A stretch of DNA of 64,000 nucleotides from an uncultured delta proteobacterium (GTDB lineage: Bacteria > Desulfobacterota > Binatia > UBA9968): positions 64,001 through 128,000 of the forward strand of contig CAVXEP010000012.1 in assembly GCA_963760795.1 (NCBI GenBank), given 5' to 3'. The translations under genes were made by a program, and so were the position numbers. The notes beneath the pieces are model-generated. The model saw only the letters and a program-made list of their open reading frames with translations. It was not told the DNA's origin and made no database searches. Below are positions 12,607-23,456 of the stretch, piece by piece (the stretch's first letter is position 1; the number at the start of each line of letters is the position of its first letter).

Positions 12607-15069
12607 TTATTGTGGAAGAATTTCGCTGACGGGAACTTCTTCTACCTTATCAGAGAATGGCGGATTATCGTCTTTCGGTTGGATTTCGACCGGAGTGTGG
12701 CTGAACAAGGTCTCCGGATCGTTCAACACCAATGCCTTCTTGAGAACTTCGTCAACATGCGCAACCAGCTCCAATTCCAGGCCCTTAAGAACACTCGCGG
12801 GAATCTCCTCTATATCCTTTTCGTTCTCTGCCGGTATCAGGATTTTCTTGATCCCGGCCCGGTGCGCTGCTAATACCTTTTCTTTAAGCCCACCAATTGG
12901 CAACACCGTACCGCGCAAAGTGATTTCGCCGGTCATGGCCAGATCATTGCGCACAGGAGTTTTTATTAATGCGGATACCAAGGAGGTAGCCATAGTGATA
13001 CCAGCGGAGGGACCATCTTTGGGAATCGCCCCTTCGGGTACGTGAAGATGAATGTCCAGCTTCTGGTAGAAATCCTTATCTAATCCCAAGGCGGTCGCGC
13101 GCGAGCGGACGTAACTCATTGCGGCCTGTGCCGACTCCTGCATAACATCGCCCAGCTTACCGGTAATAATGAGCTGCCCTTTCCCCGGCATAACCGTCAC
13201 TTCAGTCGAAAGCAACTCGCCACCCATTTCTGTCCAAGCCAAGCCGGTAGTAACACCGACCTTGGTTTCCGCATCCGCTTTACCATAGCGGAATTTGATC
13301 GGGCCGAGAAATTTGTGCAGGCTCTTGGTGCCGACTTGGACATGGGAGTTGCGGTCTTTCTTGACCACTTCCACCGCAACCTTACGGCAAACCGCGGCGA
13401 TTTCTCGCTCAAGGCTACGCACGCCGGCTTCTTTGGTGTAGTGACGCACTACCCCCATCAAAGCATTGTCGGTAAAAACAATATTCTCTGGGGTCAAGCC
13501 ATTGGCTTCCCGTTGCTTCTCGATCAAGTATTTCTTAGCAATGCTGACCTTTTCCAACTCGGTATAACCGGCAATTCGAATGATCTCCATCCGATCTTGC
13601 AACGGACGCGGAATGCGATCCAGCGAATTGGCGGTGGTAATGAACATGACCTTGGAAAGATCGAAATCGAGATCGAGATAGTGATCGTTGAATGACGTAT
13701 TCTGTTCCGGGTCGAGCACTTCCAATAACGCCGACGAAGGATCACCGCGGAAATCGGTGGACATTTTGTCGATCTCGTCCATTAGAAATACCGGGTTACT
13801 CGACCCAGCTTTCTTCATGGATTGAACGATCTTACCCGGTAGGGCACCGATGTAGGTGCGGCGATGACCACGGATTTCCGCCTCGTCACGGACGCCGCCG
13901 AGGGACACTCGGATAAATTTACGGCCGGTTGCCCGCGCAATCGATCGACCTAGCGAGGTTTTGCCGACACCCGGTGGTCCAACCAAACAAAGGATCGGCC
14001 CCTTAATTTTGCCCACCAAGCTTTGTACAGCGAGATATTCGAGGATTCGCTCTTTCACCTTCTCCAGTCCGAAATGATCCTCGTCCAAAACCTTTTCGGC
14101 CTCATTGATATCGAGCTTGTCGTCAGTGAATTCGTTCCACGGCAAACTGATAATCCAATCGATATAGTTCCTGACCACGGTCGCTTCCGCCGACATGGGC
14201 GACATCATTTTGAGCTTCTTCAGTTCCTTCTCGACCTTGTCTTTGGCTTCGGCGGAAAGCTTTTTCTGCTTTAACTTTTCCTCAATCTCCTGGATCTCGT
14301 TCTTAAACTCATCCTTCTCACCCAGCTCTTTTTGAATCGCCCGCATCTGTTCGTTGAGATAGTACTCCTTCTGAGAGCGCTCCATTTGCTTCTTGACGCG
14401 CGAACGAATACGCCGCTCGACTTCAAGAATTTCGATTTCGGCGCGCATATGGCCAAGAACCTTCTCCAGCCGTTCCGTGGCATTAAAAGTCTCCAGCAAG
14501 TTCTGCCTGTCTTCCAGCTTTATGCCAAGGTGGGCAACGATGGTATCGGAGAGCCGCCCCGGCTCATCGATGGAGGACACCGACATGACCATTTCGGGGG
14601 GGATTTTCTTTTTCAACTTAACGTAATTTTCAAAGGTGGTGTGAACTTCTCGGATCAGCGCCTCCGCCTCCGTAGTCCGTTCGTTCACCTCTTGAGCATC
14701 CTCCACGTCAACCAGAAAAAAATCCGGGTTGGCGGCAAAGCCCGCGATCTTGGCGCGCTTTTTCCCCTCGATCAGCACCTTGACGGTGCCGTCGGGGAGC
14801 TTGAGCATTTGTACCACCGACCCGAGAGTACCAATCCGGTAGATATCGTCCTCGGCGGGCTCGTTGGTTTTGGCGTCCTTCTGGGAGGACAAGAAAATCA
14901 GACTCTGCTTCTGAGTTGCCTCTTCGAGCGCCTTGATCGAGCGTTGACGCCCGACAAATAGCGGCACGACCATGTGCGGGAAAACGATAATATCCCGCAA
15001 CGGCAGCAACGGCACCCTTGTGCCCCCAGCAGTGGCTTCCGGATCCTTCTTATCGTTCCGAAACAACAT
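12607..15069 (-). CDS. lon: ATP-dependent protease Lon
   Basis: LON N-domain, [16 protein letters not shown] catalytic Ser. Confidence 0.98.
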   Translation of the reverse strand: MLFRNDKKDPEATAGGTRVPLLPLRDIIVFPHMVVPLFVGRQRSIKALEEATQKQSLIFLSSQKDAKTNEPAEDDIYRIGTLGSVVQMLKLPDGTVKVLIEGKKRAKIAGFAANPDFFLVDVEDAQEVNERTTEAEALIREVHTTFENYVKLKKKIPPEMVMSVSSIDEPGRLSDTIVAHLGIKLEDRQNLLETFNATERLEKVLGHMRAEIEILEVERRIRSRVKKQMERSQKEYYLNEQMRAIQKELGEKDEFKNEIQEIEEKLKQKKLSAEAKDKVEKELKKLKMMSPMSAEATVVRNYIDWIISLPWNEFTDDKLDINEAEKVLDEDHFGLEKVKERILEYLAVQSLVGKIKGPILCLVGPPGVGKTSLGRSIARATGRKFIRVSLGGVRDEAEIRGHRRTYIGALPGKIVQSMKKAGSSNPVFLMDEIDKMSTDFRGDPSSALLEVLDPEQNTSFNDHYLDLDFDLSKVMFITTANSLDRIPRPLQDRMEIIRIAGYTELEKVSIAKKYLIEKQREANGLTPENIVFTDNALMGVVRHYTKEAGVRSLEREIAAVCRKVAVEVVKKDRNSHVQVGTKSLHKFLGPIKFRYGKADAETKVGVTTGLAWTEMGGELLSTEVTVMPGKGQLIITGKLGDVMQESAQAAMSYVRSRATALGLDKDFYQKLDIHLHVPEGAIPKDGPSAGITMATSLVSALIKTPVRNDLAMTGEITLRGTVLPIGGLKEKVLAAHRAGIKKILIPAENEKDIEEIPASVLKGLELELVAHVDEVLKKALVLNDPETLFSHTPVEIQPKDDNPPFSDKVEEVPVSEILPQ

Positions 15070-15081
15070 ACGGTTCCCCTC

Positions 15082-16341
15082 CTAAGCACTCTCTGCGGCC
15101 TTGGTGTATACGACGATCGGAGGTTCATGCTTTTCAACAACATCCTCTGAAATCACAACCTCTTTAATATTGGGCTGCGATGGCATGTCGTACATGATAT
15201 CCAACATTATATTTTCCATGATCGCGCGTAGCCCCCGCGCTCCCGATTTACGTTTCATGGCTTCGCGCGCGATCGCTCGCAACGCATCCTCAGTGAACTT
15301 AAGATGCACCGACTCCATTTCAAAAAGCTTGGAATACTGCTTGGTCAGCGCATTCTTGGGCTCCTTCAAAATGCGCATCAGCGCGCTATCGTCCAACTCG
15401 TCGAGAGTGGCGATAACCGGCAATCGGCCGATGAACTCAGGAATTAAGCCAAACTTGAGCAAATCTTCTGTCTGTACGCTGTGCAGCAAATCCGAAGCCC
15501 GTTGGCCAATTTTCTCACTCTCTTCTAACTGTCCGCCAAAGCCCATACGCTTGCGGCCGGTGCGCTTGCGAATGATATCTTCAAGACCGACGAAAGCGCC
15601 GCCGCAAATAAACAAAATATTGGTGGTATCCACCTGCAAAAATTCCTGCTGGGGATGCTTGCGTCCACCCTTCGGCGGCACGCTCGCCATAGTCCCTTCG
15701 ATGATCTTTAGCAATGCTTGTTGCACCCCTTCGCCGGACACGTCCCGGGTAATCGATGGATTGTCCGACTTACGCGAAATTTTGTCGATCTCGTCTATAT
15801 AGACGATGCCGCGCTGGGCTTTTTCAACATCGTACTCGGCCGCCTGCAATAAATTGAGAATAATGTTCTCGACGTCCTCGCCGACATAACCCGCCTCAGT
15901 CAGGCTGGTGGCGTCGGCAATGGTAAAGGGAACTTGCAGAAAGCGGGCAAGAGTTTGGGCGAGTAGAGTTTTGCCTGATCCAGTAGGACCAAGCAGCAGA
16001 ATGTTGCTCTTTTGTAGCTCGACATCCCCAGTCACCATCTGGCTGTCGATGCGCTTGTAGTGATTGTGCACGGCGACCGCCAATATCTTCTTGGCGCGCT
16101 CCTGGCCGATCACATACTGGTCGAGCACCCGCTTGATTTCCGCGGGCTTGGGAACGTTCGACGACGAACTTAAGTTCTCGTCGTGGTCGATTTCTTCAGC
16201 GATAATATCGTTGCAAAGGTCGATGCATTCGTCGCAAATGTAAACCGTCGGACCGGCGATCAGTTTGCGAACCTCGTCTTGGCTTTTGCCGCAAAAAGAA
16301 CAGACGAGATTTCCCGATCCGTGCTCACCATGTTTAGGCAT
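15082..16341 (-). CDS. clpX: ClpX ATPase
   Basis: CSFCGK..ICDEC zinc finger, [18 protein letters not shown]. Confidence 0.98.
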   Translation of the reverse strand: MPKHGEHGSGNLVCSFCGKSQDEVRKLIAGPTVYICDECIDLCNDIIAEEIDHDENLSSSSNVPKPAEIKRVLDQYVIGQERAKKILAVAVHNHYKRIDSQMVTGDVELQKSNILLLGPTGSGKTLLAQTLARFLQVPFTIADATSLTEAGYVGEDVENIILNLLQAAEYDVEKAQRGIVYIDEIDKISRKSDNPSITRDVSGEGVQQALLKIIEGTMASVPPKGGRKHPQQEFLQVDTTNILFICGGAFVGLEDIIRKRTGRKRMGFGGQLEESEKIGQRASDLLHSVQTEDLLKFGLIPEFIGRLPVIATLDELDDSALMRILKEPKNALTKQYSKLFEMESVHLKFTEDALRAIAREAMKRKSGARGLRAIMENIMLDIMYDMPSQPNIKEVVISEDVVEKHEPPIVVYTKAAESA

Positions 16342-16365
16342 AGATCCCCCAAGCCAAACTACGAG

Positions 16366-16968
16366 CTATTTCTTGAGCGCACTGTCAGGACGCGCCGCGA
16401 TCACATCGTCGACTATGCCATACTCTTGAGCTTGCTTCCCCGTCAAGAACATGTCGCGATCTGTATCTTTTTCAATTTTCTTCATGCCCTGGCCCGTATG
16501 TTTCATAAGAATATTGTTCAATTCCTCGCGCATACGGAGAATTTCACGGGCGTGAATCTCGATGTCGGTAGCCTGGCCTTCGAAACCACCAAGCGGTTGG
16601 TGAATCATGATCCGCGAATGTGGCAGCGCGAAGCGTTTACCTTTCGCGCCGGCAGCTAGCAACACAGCGCCCATGCTTGCCGCTTGACCCACGCAAAGCG
16701 TCGAAATTTGCGGTCGCACATACTGCATGGTGTCATAGATCGCCAAGCCCGCAGTAACCGATCCGCCCGGACTGTTGATGTAGAAGAAAATCTCTCTCTC
16801 GGGATCTTCGGATTCGAGGAACAGCAGCTGCGCGGTGATGACGTTGGCCACTTCGTCATTGACCACCGAGCCAAGAAAGACGATTCGTTCTTTTAGCAGA
16901 CGCGAATAAATATCATATGCCCGTTCGCCACGCCCAGTTTGCTCGACGACCATGGGGATGAAGTTCAT
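16366..16968 (-). CDS. clpP: ClpP protease
   Basis: DIYSRLL, YINSPGG, AASMG, IMIHQP. Confidence 0.98.
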   Translation of the reverse strand: MNFIPMVVEQTGRGERAYDIYSRLLKERIVFLGSVVNDEVANVITAQLLFLESEDPEREIFFYINSPGGSVTAGLAIYDTMQYVRPQISTLCVGQAASMGAVLLAAGAKGKRFALPHSRIMIHQPLGGFEGQATDIEIHAREILRMREELNNILMKHTGQGMKKIEKDTDRDMFLTGKQAQEYGIVDDVIAARPDSALKK

Positions 16969-17001
16969 ATGTGGGTAAACCCCTCAATCATTAAGAGCAT
17001 T

Positions 17002-18327
17002 CTAGCTTTTTTCGGGCGCAGCATCAACTGCAGATATCGGTGCATCGACCTCTTTTATTTTAGCTCGCTCAAGCAAGAAGCTAAGAGTGCGATCAAACGC
17101 TATTTGCGCCCGCAGATCGTCGCGTGCGTCGGGGCGCGCATAGTATTCCCGCACGCCCTTGGCGCGATCACCGGCGCCACGCGCCAGATTATCGACCCGC
17201 TCTTGCAGCTCTTTGTCCGACACTTCGATGGTTTCCGCCTGAGCGATTTTTTCGACCAGTAACGTCGCCTGTACTTGACGGGCGGCGCGGCCTTCGAAGG
17301 TCTTGCGCGCCTCTTCCAAGGGCGGCGCCGGCTCTTCTGTCCCACCCGGATGTCCAGCCAATTGGCTTTGGTAACGCTCCATGAGATAGCGAGTCTGCCG
17401 TTCGATCATCGACGGCGGCGCGCTGATCGAGTGAGCCTCGATCAAACGGCTGATCATCTTATCTTTGAGATCTTCGTCCTGATAATGCTTGAGTTCATCC
17501 TCAAGCCGCTGACGAATCGCCGCTCGTAGGTCTGCCAACGAGCCATGCTCGCCGTGATCTTTGGCGAAATCATCGTCAAGCACCGGCAGGACTTTCTGTT
17601 TGATCTCACGAACGGTAAGCGCAAAGTCGACGGCTTTCGCGGCGATCTCAGCATTTGGGTAGTTGTCCGGATAGATCACCGGAACCGATTGCAGCTGGCC
17701 CACTTGTAAATCAATCACAGCCTCTTCGAACTGCGGCAACGTGTGGCCGGCGCCGACTTCGAGCACGTAGTTCTCGCCTTTGCCGCCGGCGAATGGCTTG
17801 CCGGCGATGGTGCCTTCAAAATCGACGGTAACGAAATCGCCCTTCTGAACGACATCGCGGCCTTCCACCAGCTCAAGGCGCGCATGGCCTTCTTGCAAAC
17901 GTTTGAGTGCCTCATCGACCTGCTCTTCGCTGATAGCGACCTTGACCTTTTCTACTTCGACTCCCAGATAATCTTTCAATTCGATGGCCGGCTTGATCTC
18001 GAAGACCGCCGAGAAGGAAAACTCCCCGTCTTCCTTGATCTCACCAGTCTCCACTTCTGGCCGTGAGACGATTTGCAAGTCTCGTTCTTTGACCACCTCC
18101 GCCAGGCATTCTTCCACCAGATGGGAGCGTACCTCGCCTTTGATATCTTCGCCGTAGATTCCCTGAAGCACGCCGCGCGGAATCTTGCCGGTGCGAAAGC
18201 CCTTAACTGTCACGCGCTGGCCAAGGTTTTTATATGCGTGGGAAAACTCTTTGGCGACCCGATCCGCCGGCAATTCGATGCTCACCTTGCGTTGGATCGG
18301 ACTCAATTCATCGATATCGACTTTCAT
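17002..18327 (-). CDS. tig: Trigger factor
   Basis: KGFRTGKIP signature, FKBP domain; tig-clpP-clpX-lon order. Confidence 0.95.
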   Translation of the reverse strand: MKVDIDELSPIQRKVSIELPADRVAKEFSHAYKNLGQRVTVKGFRTGKIPRGVLQGIYGEDIKGEVRSHLVEECLAEVVKERDLQIVSRPEVETGEIKEDGEFSFSAVFEIKPAIELKDYLGVEVEKVKVAISEEQVDEALKRLQEGHARLELVEGRDVVQKGDFVTVDFEGTIAGKPFAGGKGENYVLEVGAGHTLPQFEEAVIDLQVGQLQSVPVIYPDNYPNAEIAAKAVDFALTVREIKQKVLPVLDDDFAKDHGEHGSLADLRAAIRQRLEDELKHYQDEDLKDKMISRLIEAHSISAPPSMIERQTRYLMERYQSQLAGHPGGTEEPAPPLEEARKTFEGRAARQVQATLLVEKIAQAETIEVSDKELQERVDNLARGAGDRAKGVREYYARPDARDDLRAQIAFDRTLSFLLERAKIKEVDAPISAVDAAPEKS

Positions 18328-18466
18328 CTAATTTTCTTACGACAGAGGCGTTTGCGCTTTGACACAGGGCGAGCCCGGACTATACGGAATCTCGCAATGA
18401 GCGTTGGGCGGCAGCTTACCGTCAACCTTTCTATCTCGGTGTATATCGAACGAAGCAAACCTTTCT

Positions 18467-18549
18467 TGGTGCGAGAGGGGGGACTCGAACCCCCACGGTT
18501 GCCCGCTAGATCCTAAGTCTAGTGCGTCTGCCAATTCCGCCACTCTCGC
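18467..18549 (-). tRNA. tRNA-Leu(TAG)
   Basis: Anticodon arm CTAGA-CTTAGGA-TCTAG; 3' CCA. Confidence 0.96.
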
Positions 18550-18601
18550 ACGTCTTCCTGTCGCTGCAATTTGTCGATCCAGTTTCACCGACTAGGAGAG
18601 G

Positions 18602-18630
18602 AGAGTAAGAATTACCCGGTGGTAAGTCAA
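18602..18630 (-). promoter_or_regulatory. Candidate sigma70 promoter for tRNA-Leu/tig
   Basis: TTGACT-17 nt-TACTCT on the minus strand. Confidence 0.5.
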
Positions 18631-18948
18631 GCGCAGCAGGCGCAACTGGCGGCCATCGGGAGTGGAACTAATCCACGCCCAAGACCACTTGACAGTTCAG
18701 CATACTTAAGCAACGTATAGGCTAGTCTTCAGCGGTGTCGATATTGATATAACTCAATCCTTCCGGGTCAATACTTTGGCGCTGCTCCGCGCCAACGACC
18801 CAGGTCGCAACCTTGCTAGAGTCCAAAATAGGTGGGTCACAGAAGGTTATAAAACATCGAGCGCCCCGCCGTGATCGAATAGCGGACGGAAATCATCCAG
18901 CAAATGAAAGCAAGGACAGCAACTCACGCCCGGCGCCGACAAGAACTA

Positions 18949-19266
18949 CTAGCCGTCACCGCGCGCCCCAGCGCAGGCCGCGCAGGGACAAAGCGTCCGC
19001 AGATATTCGAAAGTATAGATTCCGGTGCTGTGACCATCATGCCATCGGAACTCGATGGCATAGTTGCCGACACCGTGAATCTCTTGAAGCTTCGCCTCGG
19101 GCACTGAAATAAATTGGCGCTGGGAGCCATGGCCCTGGCACATCGCACAGGGGCAGTACCCGCGCAGATAAGGCTCGTTATATTCGCCAATATGGCCGTC
19201 ATCCCAGGTGATGCGCACCACGCCGCGCGCTTTCACGTGATTTATCTCAGATGGATAAACAGCCAT
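18949..19266 (-). CDS. DUF971/GBBH-N-like metal-binding protein
   Basis: WDDGH..YLRGYCPCAMC, VGNYAI..WHDGHSTGIY motifs. Confidence 0.85.
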   Translation of the reverse strand: MAVYPSEINHVKARGVVRITWDDGHIGEYNEPYLRGYCPCAMCQGHGSQRQFISVPEAKLQEIHGVGNYAIEFRWHDGHSTGIYTFEYLRTLCPCAACAGARGDG

Positions 19267-19269
19267 GGG

Positions 19270-19797
19270 TTAGAACTCCACCAAACCGTCACCGACGGCT
19301 GTCATAAAGCCGATCTTATGACGGTTGATCAAATAAGTCCGTGGCGGTGCGAGTTGCCGACCGAGAATCGTAGCATTGGTCAACGGTATGAATTGATTCT
19401 TTTCGAGCAGCAGATCGTACAACGCGCTGCCGGGAAGCAGATAGACGTCGCCCTGGATCAAGTACGGCCCCACGCTGATCAATGCCTTGCGGGTATTTTT
19501 TTTCCGATAAAGACCCTCGAGACCGGAGCGCTGCGACTGGCCGGCCGGACTTAAGTCGGCGATCAAAAAAACCTCACGCATATAGACGACATAATCGTTG
19601 GTGCGACTGGCGATCGGCTTGCCTGTGAGATCTTCCACGGTCGCATCCCGCAGCGAGAACACCTGGTCATCCTGGCGAACTAGGAGATGACTGCTGAGCC
19701 GGTCTTGGTTGGTCTCAAGCACGCCGCGCACCAGCGCCGCTGGAAGGTGAACCTCCATCGGCATCGTGTAACTCAGGCTTTGTTCCATGGCTGCCAT
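19270..19797 (-). CDS. Hypothetical protein with two similar halves (DUF6812-like, tentative)
   Basis: 175-aa ORF; halves share patterns (VRGVL..FSLRDATV vs IQGDV..FIPLTNATI). Confidence 0.65.
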   Translation of the reverse strand: MAAMEQSLSYTMPMEVHLPAALVRGVLETNQDRLSSHLLVRQDDQVFSLRDATVEDLTGKPIASRTNDYVVYMREVFLIADLSPAGQSQRSGLEGLYRKKNTRKALISVGPYLIQGDVYLLPGSALYDLLLEKNQFIPLTNATILGRQLAPPRTYLINRHKIGFMTAVGDGLVEF

Positions 19798-19962
19798 GTA
19801 GTTTCTCGGATCGTTGCCAGATCCTTAACCAGCGTCGAACTGTTACTAATGATAGCATACTGCTGCGGATAAATAACATCCAGCGATTTCGTGAAACCTA
19901 TGGTCGGACCGGACGATAGGCATCCAAGCCGGGTAGCGGTAAAAAAGATAGAGAAGAAAATT

Positions 19963-20038
<76 letters not shown>

Positions 20039-20123
20039 GCACGGATCAAACTAAATCTGGAAGATAGATCATTAAGGCCTGCGGCTATCAATCCTCGACC
20101 TTTGATCTTCGCCGAATTGAAAC

Positions 20124-20201
20124 TGGGGTGAGTGAAGGGACTTGAACCCTCAACCCCTGGAACCACAATCCAGTGCTCTAACCACTTGAGCTACACTCAC
20201 C
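20124..20201 (-). tRNA. tRNA-His(GTG)
   Basis: Anticodon arm CTGGA-TTGTGGT-TCCAG; G-1 and C discriminator. Confidence 0.95.
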
Positions 20202-20212
20202 GCAAAACAGTC

Positions 20213-20289
20213 TGGTGCGCCAGAAGGGATTCGAACCCATGACCTACGGCTTAGAAGGCCGTTGCTCTATCCAGCTGAGCTACTGGCGC
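20213..20289 (-). tRNA. tRNA-Arg(TCT)
   Basis: Anticodon arm ACGGC-CTTCTAA-GCCGT; 3' CCA. Confidence 0.96.
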
Positions 20290-20302
20290 CCAATCGAGTA
20301 GC

Positions 20303-20354
20303 GAGTACTGAGTACTGAAGGGAATGCCCTTCTGCCCTACAGTACTCAGTACTC
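20303..20354. repeat. Inverted heptamer tandem repeat (GAGTACT)x2 ... (AGTACTC)x2
   Basis: gagtactgagtactg ... cagtactcagtactc, 15-bp perfect arms. Confidence 0.85.
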
Positions 20355-20380
20355 ATAGCTCAGCACATACCATTGTTCGT

Positions 20381-20457
20381 TGGTCGGGGCGAGAAGATTC
20401 GAACTTCCGACCCCCTGCGCCCAAGGCAGGTGCGCTACCAGGCTGCGCTACGCCCCG
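20381..20457 (-). tRNA. tRNA-Pro(TGG)
   Basis: Anticodon arm CCTGC-CTTGGGC-GCAGG; 3' CCA. Confidence 0.96.
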
Positions 20458-20498
20458 TCAATCAACCAGCGGCCATTCTACACTGGGTTTCAATCAAA

Positions 20499-21119
20499 TC
20501 AAGGTTCATTCGCCAAATCAACCAGCTGCGGCAATGCTTGAGCAAGTTTTTTCAGCGCTTTACCGCGATGACTGACCGTCGCTTTAGTTTCGCGGTCAAT
20601 CTCGCCGAAGGTTTTGCCAAAGGGCACATAGAAAAACAACGGATCGTAGCCAAAACCATTGATGCCTGTTAGTTCGCAGGTGATTAGCCCGTTGCAAGAC
20701 TCGCGCACGGTCCAGTCAGCCATGGCAAATCCTTCAGGCGCACAAAGCGCCAACGCGCAGACGAAACGGCTGGTGCGCTTCGCTTCGGCCACGCCAGTCA
20801 ATTCGCGCAGGAGCTTGCGATTGTTTTCGGCATCGTCACCTTCCCTGCCGCAGTAACGCGCCGAATAGATTCCCGGCGCGCCGCCCAGTGCCTCGACTTC
20901 CAGACCGGAGTCATCGGCTAATGTGAGCAACCCGGAAAAATCCGCCAAGGTGCGCGCCTTTTTAAGCGCGTTTGCTTCGAAGGTATCGCCATTCTCCACC
21001 ACCGCGGGTGGATCTTTTAAATCCCGCAAGGAACGAATCAGAATCGGACGTGAACTTAAAAACGCCTGAACTTCTGCCAACTTGCCTGGATTGGTCGTGG
21101 CAACGAGGAGTTCGATCAC
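20499..21119 (-). CDS. rdgB: Non-canonical purine NTP pyrophosphatase (HAM1 family)
   Basis: ATTNPGK, DDSGL, GFGYDP, SHRG motifs. Confidence 0.95.
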   Translation of the reverse strand: MIELLVATTNPGKLAEVQAFLSSRPILIRSLRDLKDPPAVVENGDTFEANALKKARTLADFSGLLTLADDSGLEVEALGGAPGIYSARYCGREGDDAENNRKLLRELTGVAEAKRTSRFVCALALCAPEGFAMADWTVRESCNGLITCELTGINGFGYDPLFFYVPFGKTFGEIDRETKATVSHRGKALKKLAQALPQLVDLANEP

Positions 21120-21171
21120 GGATAGAATTTCCTTGCGAATTTTGCGTTCTTTGCGGCTACTTGATCTTCGC

Positions 21172-21906
21172 TTAAGCCAGGCCAGAGATCGCTTGCTTCT
21201 GGGCCTTGAGCAGCTCTTTGATACCGTCCTCGGCGATTTCCGCCATGCGCTCCATTTGTTTCTTGGTAAATGGCGCGCTCTCGGCAGTGCCTTGGACTTC
21301 GATAAACTTACCCGAGCCGGTCATGACGATGTTCATGTCGACATCGGCAGTGCTGTCTTCGAGGTAGCACAGGTCTAATAAAATCCGCCCTTCGACGATG
21401 CCGATACTCACCGCCGCTACGGCATCCTTTATAGGCGTTTGCAGCAGCTTGCCTTTGTCGAGCCAACTCTTGACCGCTTCCGCCACCGCCACATAGGCGC
21501 CGGTGATCGACGCCGTGCGCGTGCCGCCATCGGCTTGAATGACGTCGCAGTCGATCCAGATGGTCCGCTCGCCCAAAAGTTTCAAGTCGGCGATCGCGCG
21601 CAAACTGCGGCCGATCAGCCGTTGAATTTCATGGGTGCGGCCGCCAACCTTGCCGCGCGACGATTCGCGGCCGATGCGTTGCTGCGACGACCCCGGCAAC
21701 ATGCCGTACTCGGCGGTAATCCAGCCTTTGCCGCTGTTGCGGAGAAACGGCGGCACGCGCTCTTCGAGCTTGGCCGTGCAAATAACCTTGGTATCGCCCA
21801 TCTCGATCAATACCGAGCCGTCGGCGGTCTTGATGTAGCTCGGCGTGATCTTCAGCGTTCGCAATTGATTCTGTTTCCGTCCGTCGGCTCGCGGCTTTGC
21901 AATCAT
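21172..21906 (-). CDS. rph: Ribonuclease PH
   Basis: [31 protein letters not shown]. Confidence 0.97.
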   Translation of the reverse strand: MIAKPRADGRKQNQLRTLKITPSYIKTADGSVLIEMGDTKVICTAKLEERVPPFLRNSGKGWITAEYGMLPGSSQQRIGRESSRGKVGGRTHEIQRLIGRSLRAIADLKLLGERTIWIDCDVIQADGGTRTASITGAYVAVAEAVKSWLDKGKLLQTPIKDAVAAVSIGIVEGRILLDLCYLEDSTADVDMNIVMTGSGKFIEVQGTAESAPFTKKQMERMAEIAEDGIKELLKAQKQAISGLA

Positions 21907-21947
21907 TTTATTGTGACTTCTTTCTTACCTAATGCCCATTGCCTAGT

Positions 21948-23366
21948 TCAACTATTCAAATGAAACACTACCATCTTCAGTTCCGTCATCTCGTTGACCG
22001 CATACTTAGGCCCTTCCTTGCCGAAGCCGGAATCTTTCAGTCCGCCGTAGGGCATCAGATCGACGCGCCACTGCGAGCCCCAGTTGACGTGCAGATTGCC
22101 CGCCTCCGCTTCGCGCGCGAACTTCATCGCCCATTCGACGTTGTCGGTAAAAATCCCGGCGGCTAATCCATAAATACTGTCGTTCGCCAAGGCGATCGCT
22201 TCTTCAATCGTCTCGAACGGCGTCACCGCCACCGCCGGGCCGAACAACTCGTCGCGCGAGATGCGCATGTCAGGATGAACGTCTGCCACTACCGCCGGGA
22301 GATAAATCGCGCCGCGCCGCCCGCCGCCGGCGAACAACTTCGCGCCGCCGCTGACCGCCTCATTGATCCATTCATCGACACGCATGGCTTCACTTTCTTT
22401 CACCATCGGGCCGACCTTACTTTTCTCGTCGAGTTGGTTGCCGGTCGTCAACGCTTCCACTTTCGGCTTCAACGCGCTCAAGAGATCACCGTATACTCTT
22501 TTCGCCACCAATACCCGCTGTGTCGAGATGCAGGTCTGGCCGGCGTTGCCGTAACCGGTCATCGCTAAAACCGTCGCGACTTTTTCCATGTCGGCATCCG
22601 GCATGACGATCACCGGGCTATTGGAACCCAGCTCCATCGTGACCTTCTTGATGCCTGCCGTGCGGCAAATCCGCTCGCCGATCTCGCGGCTGCCGGTAAA
22701 CGTCACCTTGCGGACTCTACGATCGGCAACTAACGCGTCACCAATCTCGCCGCCTGAACCGGTGAGGCATTGAATCCCTTCCGGCGGCAAGCCTGCTTCA
22801 AGCAAAATCTCAGTCAATTTGATCGCCGACAACGGTGTATCGGAAGCCGGTTTGATAATGACCGTGTTACCCGCCGCCAGCGCGGGGCCAACTTTATGGC
22901 AGACGAGGTTTAATGGGAAATTGAACGGCGCGATCGCCGCGACGACGCCGCAAGGCACGCGCAACGTGAAGCCGAGTTTCTTGCCACCGGTGGGATCGGC
23001 ATCCAGCGGCACGGTCTCGCCGTGCAGCCGCTTGGCCTCCTCCGCTGAGCCCATCATGGTTTCGACGGCGCGCATCGCCTCGCCGCGCCCTTCGGCGATG
23101 ATCTTGCCCTCTTCTTGGGAAATGATTTGGCCCAGCTCTTCGTTACGCGCCGCCATCATGTCCGCCGCTTTGCGGAGAATCTTCCAGCGCTCGTAGCTCG
23201 ACAGCTTCGCCATCACCTTGGCGCCACGCTCGGCGAAGGCCAAAGCTTTTTCCAAATCGCCGGCATCCGCCTTCGGCACGGCGTCGATCACCGAGTCATC
23301 GAACGGATTGGTTACTTCGATCTTCTTCGCCTTATCGATCCACGCGCCCGCAACAAAATTTTTCAC
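21948..23366 (-). CDS. Aldehyde dehydrogenase family protein
   Basis: PFNFP, FTGS, MELG, GQTCIS, ELFGP motifs. Confidence 0.95.
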   Translation of the reverse strand: MKNFVAGAWIDKAKKIEVTNPFDDSVIDAVPKADAGDLEKALAFAERGAKVMAKLSSYERWKILRKAADMMAARNEELGQIISQEEGKIIAEGRGEAMRAVETMMGSAEEAKRLHGETVPLDADPTGGKKLGFTLRVPCGVVAAIAPFNFPLNLVCHKVGPALAAGNTVIIKPASDTPLSAIKLTEILLEAGLPPEGIQCLTGSGGEIGDALVADRRVRKVTFTGSREIGERICRTAGIKKVTMELGSNSPVIVMPDADMEKVATVLAMTGYGNAGQTCISTQRVLVAKRVYGDLLSALKPKVEALTTGNQLDEKSKVGPMVKESEAMRVDEWINEAVSGGAKLFAGGGRRGAIYLPAVVADVHPDMRISRDELFGPAVAVTPFETIEEAIALANDSIYGLAAGIFTDNVEWAMKFAREAEAGNLHVNWGSQWRVDLMPYGGLKDSGFGKEGPKYAVNEMTELKMVVFHLNS

Positions 23367-23387
23367 GATGGCAAACCTCCGGATTTA

Positions 23388-23456
23388 ATCTCAGATCTCA
23401 TATTGCAGATTTCACAACGTTCAATTAGAATTGTGCATTTCGCATTCTGCAATCTT
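23388..23456. repeat. Degenerate heptamer repeats forming an imperfect palindrome
   Basis: atctcag/atctcat/attgcag/atttcac then ttgtgca/tttcgca/ttctgca; attgcaga pairs with tctgcaat. Confidence 0.55.

Noticed and set aside
18640-18948. Possible divergent promoter (TTGACA) and sRNA
   Set aside because: No properly spaced -10 and no clear structure or terminator.
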